In this document: positions 18,723 to 27,112 of the stretch, piece after piece
How the letters are laid out: every line of letters begins with the position of its first letter
Position numbering within the stretch: the stretch's first letter is position 1
Assembly (NCBI GenBank): GCA_937975525.1
Contig: CALJUJ010000685.1
Span: 1 to 41,892 of the forward strand
DNA length: 41,892 nucleotides
From: an uncultured bacterium
GTDB lineage: Bacteria > Desulfobacterota > Binatia > HRBIN30
Direction: 5' to 3'
Program-made: the position numbers and the translations under genes
The notes under the pieces: generated by a model
What the model saw: only the letters and a program-made list of their open reading frames with translations
The model's database searches: none
What the model was told of the DNA's origin: nothing

Positions 18723-20192
18723 GTGGTCCCCACTCCGCAGCGCATGCTCATGAGCGGGCTGCTTGACGACAACGAGTCGTTGGCGCCGTCGCTGCTCTCC
18801 GCGTGGGCCGCACGTCCCGGCGCGGCACCCGCGCAACAGGGCTTGCTCGACATGGCCTCCACGCCGGGTGCGCCTCCCGGTCCCGCTGCGCCTCCACAGC
18901 CGGGACCACCCCCCGTATCCGCCGCCCCGCCTCGCGGGGGCGGGCCGGGCGTGGACCCGCTGCGCACGGGCGTTGTCGCCGGGGGTCTCCAGATGCTCGG
19001 CGATGCTTCGACGCCGACGCCGTACAAGCAGACGATCGGGTCGCTTGTCTCACGGGCGTTGCAGGCGGGCGTGCCCGCGTTCATCGCGTCGAAGCAGGCC
19101 AAGGAACAGCGGATGGCGATGGAGGCGCGTGAGCGCTCCTTCAAGGACATGCTCTCGGCGGCGGTCGAGGACAAGACGCTCTCGCCGGAGCAGGCGCGGC
19201 TTGCCTCGCAGATGGGCGCCGAACAGGGTCTCAAGTACCTGGAGGAGTTGCAGAAGGAGAAGCAGAAGATCACCGTCGTCGGCAACACGGCGATCCGGGG
19301 TGACGGGACGGTCGTGCACCAGGGCGGCGACCGCTTCAAGGTCGTCAACGACCAGATCGTCGCGCTCGATGGTGGCGGGAACGTCGTGCTCGGGGACGAC
19401 GGGAAGCCGAAGATCATGGCGGATCTCCGTAGCGTGCCCGATGTCATGAGCGACACGCAGAAGGGCATCGCCACGAGTCTCGGACTGGACCCGAACAACA
19501 CGAAGTCGTGGACACCGGAACAGACGAAGGAGTTCAACCTGGCGCTCTTCAACCACCAGCGGGCGGGAGCGTCGAGCAACGTCACGAACATCCTCACCGA
19601 CACTGCCGATGCGGCGGCGGCGCGGGGCACGGTCGAGAACTTCGACACGAGCCGGAAGGACGCGCAGGGATTGCGGTCGGACTACATCGCCACGCAGCGG
19701 GCGCTCACCACGTTGCGCCAGGGCACGGTGAACGGCTCGTTTGCGAATGCACGCGTCGGGTTGGCGACGCTCAAGCGGTCACTCGGCTTGCCGACGGACG
19801 GCACCGAGGAGAACACGAAGATCTACATGATGCAGATCGCCGAGCGCGTGCTGCCGATCGTGCGGACGCTCGCGCCGGTCACGGAAGAGGACGTGGCACT
19901 GCTGACGAAGGTCAAGGGCGGCGATCTTTCCATCTCGAACGCACAGTTGCAGCGGTTCTTGGGGATGCAGCAGCTTGCGGCCGGGGAGGGCATCGAGGAG
20001 CACAACCGTCGGGTCCGCAACTCGGGCATCCTGTCCGAACGCGCCAAGCCCGACTACCTGGTGGAGCTTCCGCCCGGCTACACGCCGCAGTCGTCGCAGC
20101 AGGGGCAGAAGATCTATCATGACGGCAAGGACGGGAGGCCCGCTGGCTACTACCGCCAGAATGCCTCCGGAGAATGGGAACTCGTGCCATGA
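18723..20192 (+). CDS. internal virion protein
   Basis: 489 aa with a GTG start preceded by GGGAGG. Pro/Ala-rich N-terminal region followed by a helical body. Confidence 0.55.
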   Translation: MVPTPQRMLMSGLLDDNESLAPSLLSAWAARPGAAPAQQGLLDMASTPGAPPGPAAPPQPGPPPVSAAPPRGGGPGVDPLRTGVVAGGLQMLGDASTPTPYKQTIGSLVSRALQAGVPAFIASKQAKEQRMAMEARERSFKDMLSAAVEDKTLSPEQARLASQMGAEQGLKYLEELQKEKQKITVVGNTAIRGDGTVVHQGGDRFKVVNDQIVALDGGGNVVLGDDGKPKIMADLRSVPDVMSDTQKGIATSLGLDPNNTKSWTPEQTKEFNLALFNHQRAGASSNVTNILTDTADAAAARGTVENFDTSRKDAQGLRSDYIATQRALTTLRQGTVNGSFANARVGLATLKRSLGLPTDGTEENTKIYMMQIAERVLPIVRTLAPVTEEDVALLTKVKGGDLSISNAQLQRFLGMQQLAAGEGIEEHNRRVRNSGILSERAKPDYLVELPPGYTPQSSQQGQKIYHDGKDGRPAGYYRQNASGEWELVP

Positions 20193-22528
20193 GTCATCCT
20201 TGGGTTCCGAGCGGCATGCGATCGGATTCCACCGGGCCTGACCGCCCGGCGTGGAGTCCGTCGTCGCTCGTGTCGCCGGTCGCCGTCGATGCGACAGGCC
20301 AGCAGACGGTCGAGAACCCGTTGCGCGATTACGATCGCACGACAGGTGCCCCCGCTCGCGTGCGTGTGGCGCTCTCCGCTGCCGGGTCGCCCGAGGATCA
20401 GTTGGCGACGCTCAAGCGGTTCTATCCCGATGCACATCGTGCGCCGAACGGTGCACTCGCCTTCACCAATCCGGAGACGGGCAAGAAGACGCTCGTCAAT
20501 GAGCGGTGGGGCGCGGGCAAGTTCTTGGGCTTCAGCGCCGGGGATCTCGCGGCGTCAGCACCCGTGGTGGGGGAAGTGGGCGGCGCGGTGGCCGGAAGCG
20601 TCGCAGGCGGTCCCGCAGGGCCGGTGACGCGTGTCGCGGGTGGTGCACTCGGGTTCGCGGGCGGCAAGAAGGTGGGCGAGATCATCGCCAAGATCGCCGA
20701 CCGCGCCACCAACGAGCAGCCCGCCCAGGACACGCGCACGTTCCGCGACCAGGCGGTCGAAACGCTCCTCGACATTCCGCAGGGGGCGATGTTTGAGATG
20801 GGCGGCATGCTCGTTCCGCGCGTGCCGGGCATGGTCGCCGGAGCAGTGCGTGGTGCCCGGCAGGGTGGACGTGTCGCGTCCAACGCGATGCGGGTGGCAC
20901 GGGAGACGGGTGACTTCGGGGCGGCGCTTCGTGCGGCGTCACGCGGCGAAGGTGCACTGCCCGAGACAACGATCTTCGGTGGAGTGCCCGATCCCGTGGC
21001 CGATGCGATGATGCGCCGGGGCATGACGCGACAGGGCGCCACCGGCATGCTCGATGAAGGCCCGAGTGCCACACTGCCGGTACTTTCACCCGAGGGGTCG
21101 GCGGTCAACCGCGCGGGCAACGCGCTGGAGCAGACGTTCGCGGGAGGCCCGTTGGCGGCAGCGAAGCACACCGCCGAGAGCCAGTTGGACGAGGGCATGC
21201 GGACCTTGAGCGAGACGATTGCCGGGGGGCCGGGCACCGTGCCGACGACGCGCACCACGGCGCAGTCGGCCGCGCGGGTGCAGCAGGCCGTCATTGACGA
21301 CCTGGAACGCAAGAACGTCCAGTTGTTGCAGCGTGCCTTTGATGGCGTGGAGGGGCAGCAGGTGATCCAGCCCGCACGAGTCGAGGCGCTGTTGCAGCGC
21401 ATGGATGACATCGTGGCGAATGACCCGCTCGCGGCGAAGCGGTTTGATCCCGCTCGCACAGCGCTGCGTGAGATCATGGAAGCGTCCAAGGGCACCGAAC
21501 GCCTGGTGCCGGATCCGTTGGGCGTCATCGACCCGGCGACAGGTGCCGTGCGCATGGTGAAGGTGCAGGGGCCTCCCGGTGTGACGGTGAGCAGCCTGCG
21601 GGGGGCGCTCTCGGATCTCGGGGCGGATCTCGGGCAGATGCGTCGCGGCACCTTCAGCGGCCACACGAGCGACAAGGCGATCGGCCAGATGGAACGGGCC
21701 TACGCCGAACTGACGGAGGAGGTTGGCGCCGCACTTGGCAAGCCCACGCCGGGGATCACGCTCGATGATGTGCTCGCGGGCAAGGGCACGGCACGCGACG
21801 CATGGGACATGCAGCGGGCCATGATCGCCGAGAGCCATAACGCGGCCAATCCTGTTCGTCAGGAAGCGATGACGCGGATGGTGAAGCAGGGGAAGCTCAA
21901 GCAGTCGTTGGATTTCGTGCTCAAGTCGGATCCGATCGAGCAGGAAGCCCGGCTGCGGGCGCTGCGGCGCACGGCGGATCCGGAGGACTGGCGCAACCTT
22001 CAGTCGTTCGCGATCTCCCGGCTCGGACGCGATGCGCAGGGGAACTTCACGCCGCAGGCGATGGTGCGGCAGTTCAACAAGATGACGCCGGAGTCACAGG
22101 CGGCGTTGTTCGATGCCGATCAGTTGCGGGCGCTCAAGGACTTCGCGCTCATCGCCGAGCGGTTCGCGAAGAACCCGTTGTCGGCTCGCGGCTCGGTCAA
22201 CAACGCGCTGTACGTGTTCAACCAGATGGCCGGAATCCCCCTCGCGGGGGCGGGCGCTTGGGCGGGCGGATCGGCGGGTGGCGCGGGTGCGGCCATCGCG
22301 GGCGCCGCTGCGGCTCCGGCTGCGCTGTTCGGCGTCGAGAACGTCGCGGCACGGTGGCTGTCGAACCCGGCGCTCACGCGCTGGCTCACGACCACGTACC
22401 GCGCCGTGGAGCGGAACCCGAATGCCTGGCGGGCGCAGTTGGGTCGCTTGCTGACCCTGAAGCAGACGAACCCGGAGTTCGCCGATGCGATTGACGCCTA
22501 CTACAACGCGGCGACGGAAGGTCGCTAG
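20189..22528 (+). CDS. large internal virion / DNA-ejection protein
   Basis: 779 aa from ATG 20189 (ATGA overlap). It is the largest ORF of the late block. Glycine-zipper hydrophobic segments lie near the N- and C-terminus (GIPLAGAGAWAGGSAGGAGAAIAGAAAAPAALFG). Confidence 0.55.
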   Translation: MSHPWVPSGMRSDSTGPDRPAWSPSSLVSPVAVDATGQQTVENPLRDYDRTTGAPARVRVALSAAGSPEDQLATLKRFYPDAHRAPNGALAFTNPETGKKTLVNERWGAGKFLGFSAGDLAASAPVVGEVGGAVAGSVAGGPAGPVTRVAGGALGFAGGKKVGEIIAKIADRATNEQPAQDTRTFRDQAVETLLDIPQGAMFEMGGMLVPRVPGMVAGAVRGARQGGRVASNAMRVARETGDFGAALRAASRGEGALPETTIFGGVPDPVADAMMRRGMTRQGATGMLDEGPSATLPVLSPEGSAVNRAGNALEQTFAGGPLAAAKHTAESQLDEGMRTLSETIAGGPGTVPTTRTTAQSAARVQQAVIDDLERKNVQLLQRAFDGVEGQQVIQPARVEALLQRMDDIVANDPLAAKRFDPARTALREIMEASKGTERLVPDPLGVIDPATGAVRMVKVQGPPGVTVSSLRGALSDLGADLGQMRRGTFSGHTSDKAIGQMERAYAELTEEVGAALGKPTPGITLDDVLAGKGTARDAWDMQRAMIAESHNAANPVRQEAMTRMVKQGKLKQSLDFVLKSDPIEQEARLRALRRTADPEDWRNLQSFAISRLGRDAQGNFTPQAMVRQFNKMTPESQAALFDADQLRALKDFALIAERFAKNPLSARGSVNNALYVFNQMAGIPLAGAGAWAGGSAGGAGAAIAGAAAAPAALFGVENVAARWLSNPALTRWLTTTYRAVERNPNAWRAQLGRLLTLKQTNPEFADAIDAYYNAATEGR

Positions 22529-22544
22529 AACGTACTCGGCGGCG

Positions 22545-22757
22545 GTGCGCAAGCGGGCGCTCGCGCTCGCGACGAAGCTCGACTCGTGCGCCGCAGCGGC
22601 ACGTCGGTTGAAGATCCACGTCCAGACGATCCGGCGCTGGAAGAAGGAAGCGAAGGGTGAACAGGTCTCGCCGCGCTGGCGATGCGACTGCTCACCGTAC
22701 ACAACGCAGTGTGGGGCGCACTGCGCACTGTGTCACCGATCCGCCCCACCCCGCTAG
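22545..22757 (+). CDS. small HTH protein with Cys/His-rich tail (start uncertain: GTG 22545 or ATG 22485)
   Basis: This ORF fills the otherwise empty 238-nt gap. Third-position GC is high. HTH-like AAAARRLKIHVQTIRRWKKE, followed by RWRCDCSPYTTQCGAHCALCH. Confidence 0.35.
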   Translation: MRKRALALATKLDSCAAAARRLKIHVQTIRRWKKEAKGEQVSPRWRCDCSPYTTQCGAHCALCHRSAPPR

Positions 22758-22766
22758 GAGTTCGTC

Positions 22767-23510
22767 ATGGCTGAAGCAGCGAATCTCACCTTCTCCGCGT
22801 ACGTCCTCCAGGGGGGCAACGCGTTGAACGCGGTCAAGGTCACGGCCGCAACGCACATCCGCACGCGCCGGGGACGACACGAAGTCGCCAATCCCGGTGA
22901 CTACATCGTGCTCGATCCGGATGGCTCGATGCGGGTCGTGCGCGAGGCCACCTTCGAGGCCGAGATGGTGGCGCAGAATGCCCCGTCGGCGCCCACGTCG
23001 CTCGCCACGTCGGCGCAGACCGCCTCGCAGATCACCCTCACCTGGACCGACGCGGCCACGCAGGATTCGGTCAACGTCTATCGCGATGGCGTGCTGATCG
23101 CCAACGTCGATGATGCGGTCGAGACCTACGATGACGACGATGCGGCGCTCACGCCGAACACGTCGTACAGCTACCGGCTGCGGAGCGTGCTCAACGAGGC
23201 GCTGTCGGTGCTCACGTCGGCGATCACGGCGTGGACCGATCCCGCCCCGCCGACCAACTGCGCGGTGCTCATCACGGGTGCCACCACCGCGACGGTGACG
23301 TGGGATGATGTGCCCGGCGACGCCGATGTGCAGTACCAGGTGTACGTCGATGGCTCGCCGAGCGGCACGCCGGCCGCGGCCGGGGTCGAGACGAAGGACA
23401 TTACCGGCCTCACCACGGCGACCGAGTACGACTTCACCGTGCGGGCGGTCGGCCTCACCAGCACGCAGGCGTCGGCCGATTCGAACACGGCCACCGACAC
23501 GACGCAGTAG
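22767..23510 (+). CDS. tandem fibronectin type III domain protein (decoration/adhesin candidate)
   Basis: Two FN3-like units (PSAPTSLATSAQTASQITLTWTD...YSYRLRSV and PAPPTNCAVLITGATTATVTWDD...EYDFTVRAV). AGGAG RBS. Last gene of the late block. Confidence 0.7.
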   Translation: MAEAANLTFSAYVLQGGNALNAVKVTAATHIRTRRGRHEVANPGDYIVLDPDGSMRVVREATFEAEMVAQNAPSAPTSLATSAQTASQITLTWTDAATQDSVNVYRDGVLIANVDDAVETYDDDDAALTPNTSYSYRLRSVLNEALSVLTSAITAWTDPAPPTNCAVLITGATTATVTWDDVPGDADVQYQVYVDGSPSGTPAAAGVETKDITGLTTATEYDFTVRAVGLTSTQASADSNTATDTTQ

Positions 23511-23619
23511 GGGGCTGGCGGGAGGGCCACGGGGGCGCTAGATTGGCCCTGTGGCGCTCCCACCGCCACGGCCATGTCCTTCCTTCCGACGCACGCGCCC
23601 TCGGCCTCCTGGCCGGGGG

Positions 23620-23648
23620 TTGCGTGCTTCTAGCCCTTATGCTAGAAT
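23620..23648 (+). promoter_or_regulatory. sigma70-type promoter TTGCGT-N17-TAGAAT with embedded palindrome TCTAGC-N6-GCTAGA
   Basis: -35 at 23620-23625 and -10 at 23643-23648, with a 17-nt spacer. It sits in an AT-richer island within a 168-nt spacer, 30 nt upstream of the first replication-module gene. The inverted repeat spans 23629-23646. Confidence 0.6.
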
Positions 23649-23678
23649 GCACACCCCAATCCTCGCGGATACCACAAC

Positions 23679-23924
23679 ATGCCGAAGACGAAGAAGCTGA
23701 CCCCCGGTCAGCGGCTCTATGGTGAGATCGAGACCTTCTGCGATCTCTCGGGCTACACGGTCGCCGATGTCTGCCGGGAGGCGACCGACGACAACGGGAA
23801 CCCCACCGCACGCAGCGTCGTGACGCGCTGGCAGTTGGGCCAGACGAACCCGACGATGGTGCTCGCCGATCGCGTTCGCGCGGCGATGGAACGGCTCAAG
23901 GAACGCGCACTCGCTGCCTCCTGA
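23679..23924 (+). CDS. small DNA-binding (HTH) protein, first gene of early operon
   Basis: 81 aa. HTH-like segment LSGYTVADVCREATDDNGNPTARSVVTRWQLG. Its position after the promoter suggests a regulator. Confidence 0.5.
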   Translation: MPKTKKLTPGQRLYGEIETFCDLSGYTVADVCREATDDNGNPTARSVVTRWQLGQTNPTMVLADRVRAAMERLKERALAAS

Positions 23925-23925
23925 C

Positions 23926-25269
23926 ATGGCCTACGCGCTCAAGCCGCACCAGGTCGTCGGGCGGGACACGCTCGTTGCTCGCGCGAGGTTGCCGGAAGAG
24001 TACATCCGGCACTTCATCCTCGCGGACGAGCAGCGTGTGGGGAAGTGCGCCCAAGGACTGACCGCCGCTGCCGAACTCGGCGTGCGACGTGTCGCGGTCT
24101 TGTGCAAGGCAATCGGCCGGGACAACTGGATCGAGCAGCACGACATCTGGACGCCCGATCGGCCGTTCAAGCTGTGGGTGGAGAGTTACAATCGCTACAC
24201 GCGCAACGCCGATGTGCAAGCCTCCCTCCGGCAGTTCAAGCCCGACATCCTCATCCTCGATGAAGCGCAGTGGATCCGCAACCAGGACAGCAAGAGCACC
24301 ATGCTCCTGTACGGGGACAACTGCGAAGGCGACGGCGACGTGTCGCACGCGGGCCTCGTCTGGATCATGAGCGGCACGCTCGCGCCGAACAACGCCGGGG
24401 AACTGTGGACGCATCTCTACGCGCTGTGGGAGTGGCCGTACGATTACCGGGAGCACATCGACCGCTACACGCGGTGGTCGATGGGCGACTACGGCCCGCG
24501 CTTTTGGGGCTTGAACGAGGAGCACGCGCCCGAGTTGAAGCGGTTCCTCCGGAAGATCTCGCTACGGCGGCTCTTCAGTGAAGTGAACCCGGCGAGTGGT
24601 AAGCCGGTGTGGCAGCACGTCACGCTGACGCCCAAGGCATCGCTCGCGGCGATTCACCGGCTGGAGAAGAACCCCGCCGTGCGCCGGGTGCTCGACCGGA
24701 TCATCGCGCGTGAGGAGTTCCCCGAGACCGAAGAAGGGGAAGCGGCCGAGAAGGCGCTGGACGACACGCCGCTCGCGACGCTGCTGCGGCTGATCGGGGA
24801 GGCCAAGGCGCCGCTCGCGGTCGAACACGTCCGCGACATGCTGGACGATCGCCAGGCCGAACACGTCCTGCTCGGGGCCTGGCACCACCCGGTGCTCGAT
24901 GCGCTGGAGCGGGGATTGAAGAAGGCCAAGCTGCGGGTGCTGCGCGTGGACGGGAAGACGCCGCAGCCGAAGCGGATGGCGATGCAGAAGGCGTGGCTGC
25001 GCGGGGAGGCCGACGTGTTTCTCGGACAACTCGCCGCGTGCGGCACGTCGATCGACCTTTCGCGGGCGGATTGCGTCGTGTTCGCGGAGTCGTCATGGGC
25101 GCCGGATGACAACCTTCAGTTCGTCATGCGGGCCAACAATCTTGCCAAGCAGACGCCGTTGCCAGTGGACGTGCTCGGCTTGGCAAACAGCACCGATGTC
25201 GGGGTGCAAAACGTCAACGCCCGGAAGGGTGAACAATCATCTCAACTGTGGGAGGACGAGGCCGCATGA
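23926..25269 (+). CDS. SNF2-family DNA-dependent ATPase/helicase
   Basis: Motifs LKPHQ, ADEQRVGKC (motif I) and ILILDEAQWIRN (DEAQ box). C-terminal helicase domain with VFLGQLAACGTSIDLS and WAPDDNLQFVMRANNLAKQ. Confidence 0.85.
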   Translation: MAYALKPHQVVGRDTLVARARLPEEYIRHFILADEQRVGKCAQGLTAAAELGVRRVAVLCKAIGRDNWIEQHDIWTPDRPFKLWVESYNRYTRNADVQASLRQFKPDILILDEAQWIRNQDSKSTMLLYGDNCEGDGDVSHAGLVWIMSGTLAPNNAGELWTHLYALWEWPYDYREHIDRYTRWSMGDYGPRFWGLNEEHAPELKRFLRKISLRRLFSEVNPASGKPVWQHVTLTPKASLAAIHRLEKNPAVRRVLDRIIAREEFPETEEGEAAEKALDDTPLATLLRLIGEAKAPLAVEHVRDMLDDRQAEHVLLGAWHHPVLDALERGLKKAKLRVLRVDGKTPQPKRMAMQKAWLRGEADVFLGQLAACGTSIDLSRADCVVFAESSWAPDDNLQFVMRANNLAKQTPLPVDVLGLANSTDVGVQNVNARKGEQSSQLWEDEAA

Positions 25270-25853
25270 AGATCACCATCGAGATCTCCACCATCGAGGA
25301 CGCGATCGAGGCACAGATCGCGCTTGCCAAGATGACGGGGGCAGGGGAACCGGCGAAGCCGAGGGTGTCGAACCGGGGGCAGCAGATCGTGCCTGCGGAG
25401 CCGGACACCGACGGCGATGACGGCGATGACGACGAGGACGAGCCGCCCGCGCCGCCGAAGAAGCGGGCCAAGCGCGGCGGTCGCCGCAAGAAGGCCGCAC
25501 CGAAGCCCGAGCCGGAGCCGGACGACGAGGATGAGGACGGCGACGAGGACGGCGACGAGGAGGAGACCCCGCCGAAGAAGGCGTCGAGCAAGAAGCTCGC
25601 GTCGATCCTCGATGACGACGAGGACGGCGATGACGAGGACGACAGCCAGCCGCTCAAGTCGATCGAAGATCTCCGGTCGGAAGCCATGCGGTTCGATGCC
25701 AAGTACGGCACCGAGAAGCTGGTCGAACTGCTGGAGGAGAAGTTCGGCGTCGGCAAGCTGCGTGACCTGAAGAAGAACCAGTACAACGCCGCCTACGCCG
25801 CGATGCTCTTCTACGGCAACGAGAAGGGCAGCAAGAAGGGCAAGGAGGACTGA
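25266..25853 (+). CDS. polyacidic/polyampholyte protein
   Basis: 195 aa from ATG 25266 (ATGA overlap). The central roughly 110 residues alternate D/E blocks with KKRAKRGGRRKK-type blocks. The helical C-terminal domain (GTEKLVELLEEKFGVGKLRDLKK) looks HeH/SAP-like. Confidence 0.6.
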   Translation: MKITIEISTIEDAIEAQIALAKMTGAGEPAKPRVSNRGQQIVPAEPDTDGDDGDDDEDEPPAPPKKRAKRGGRRKKAAPKPEPEPDDEDEDGDEDGDEEETPPKKASSKKLASILDDDEDGDDEDDSQPLKSIEDLRSEAMRFDAKYGTEKLVELLEEKFGVGKLRDLKKNQYNAAYAAMLFYGNEKGSKKGKED

Positions 25854-25856
25854 CGC

Positions 25857-27107
25857 ATGAGTGACAACACGATCACGGTCCACGAGGGCGAGCACGCGAC
25901 GCTCGGCGCCTCGAATGCCGAACGGTGGATGAACTGCCCCGGCAGCGTCACCGCCGAACAGGGATTGCCGGACACCGACAGCGTCTTCGCGCTGGAGGGG
26001 ACGGCGGCGCACACGCTCGCCGAGATGGCGTTCGTGCACAAGCGCGATCCCGACCTGTGGGACGGCACGGAGATCCGCGTTGAGCGGGTCGATGGCACGC
26101 ACCATCCCGTGATCGTGAACCTGGAGATGATCGAGGCGATCCGGCTGTACGTCACGATCATCCTCCGGATCGCGAAGACGGCGACGAAGGTGTGGGCGGA
26201 GCGGAAGTTCGATCTCGCGCCGCTGCGCCCGCCCCTGCCGATGTTCGGCACGTCGGACTTCGCGGCGTACATCGAGGATCAGCAGATGTTGGAAGTGGTC
26301 GATCTCAAGTACGGCAAGGGTGTCGTCAAGGTCGCCACCGACAACCCGCAGGTTCGGATGTACGCGCTCGGCGTGTGGCTGGAGATCGCGAAGGAAAACT
26401 ACGCGATGGCGCAGCGGATTCGGTGGATCCGCATGACGATCGTCCAGCCGCGCGTGTACGACGAGGACGGCGAACCCCATATCAGCGAGGAAGTGATCTC
26501 GCTGTCCGAACTGAAGCAGTGGGGCAAGCTGCTCCTCGATCGCGCCCGCCGCACACAGGAGAGCACCGCCAGCCGCAAGGCGGGGGATTGGTGCGTCTTC
26601 TGCAAGGCGAAGGCGACGTGTCAGACGTACCGCCAGGTCGCGCTCGCGGCGGCACAGATGGAGTTCTCCGATCTGGTCGAGGGGGTGGAGCCGAAGCCTC
26701 CGACCGAGTTCACGCCGGACGAACTCGCGAACGCGCTGGAGGCGTTGCCGATGCTGGAGTCGTGGTGCAACGCGCTCCGCGCCTTCGCCATGCACGAGAT
26801 CGACGCGGGACGGGACGTGCCCCGGCACGCGAAGAAGCCGAAGACGAAGCACCGGAAGTGGGCGAACGAACGCCAGGCGTTGAACCGCCTGAAGAAGCTC
26901 GGCTTGCCCGAGAAGGAACTGCTGACCACGCCGAAGCTCCGCACTCCGGCGCAGGTGGTGGCGGCGGCGAAGGCCCGGAAGATCAACATCCCCGAGACGC
27001 TGATCGTCCGGCCCGAGTCCACCGAGTTCGTGCTGTGCAGTGCGGATGACCCCAAGGCGCTGCGGAGCGGCGTCACTGACTTTGAACCGTTGGAAGACGA
27101 GGAGTAG
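25857..27107 (+). CDS. PD-(D/E)XK nuclease, DUF2800/Cas4-like family
   Basis: N-terminal GASNAERWMNCPGS signature, VVDLKYGKG (D-x-K) and a C-terminal Cys cluster GDWCVFCKAKATC. Together with the N-terminal Cys this forms a Cas4/AddB-type 4-Cys set. Confidence 0.85.
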   Translation: MSDNTITVHEGEHATLGASNAERWMNCPGSVTAEQGLPDTDSVFALEGTAAHTLAEMAFVHKRDPDLWDGTEIRVERVDGTHHPVIVNLEMIEAIRLYVTIILRIAKTATKVWAERKFDLAPLRPPLPMFGTSDFAAYIEDQQMLEVVDLKYGKGVVKVATDNPQVRMYALGVWLEIAKENYAMAQRIRWIRMTIVQPRVYDEDGEPHISEEVISLSELKQWGKLLLDRARRTQESTASRKAGDWCVFCKAKATCQTYRQVALAAAQMEFSDLVEGVEPKPPTEFTPDELANALEALPMLESWCNALRAFAMHEIDAGRDVPRHAKKPKTKHRKWANERQALNRLKKLGLPEKELLTTPKLRTPAQVVAAAKARKINIPETLIVRPESTEFVLCSADDPKALRSGVTDFEPLEDEE

Positions 27108-27112
27108 GCCAC

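Noticed and set aside
23523-23561. Hairpins after the FN3 gene as the intrinsic terminator of the late operon.
   Set aside because: Several alternative imperfect stems have 15-16-nt loops and no U-tract, so this is not convincing as a terminator.
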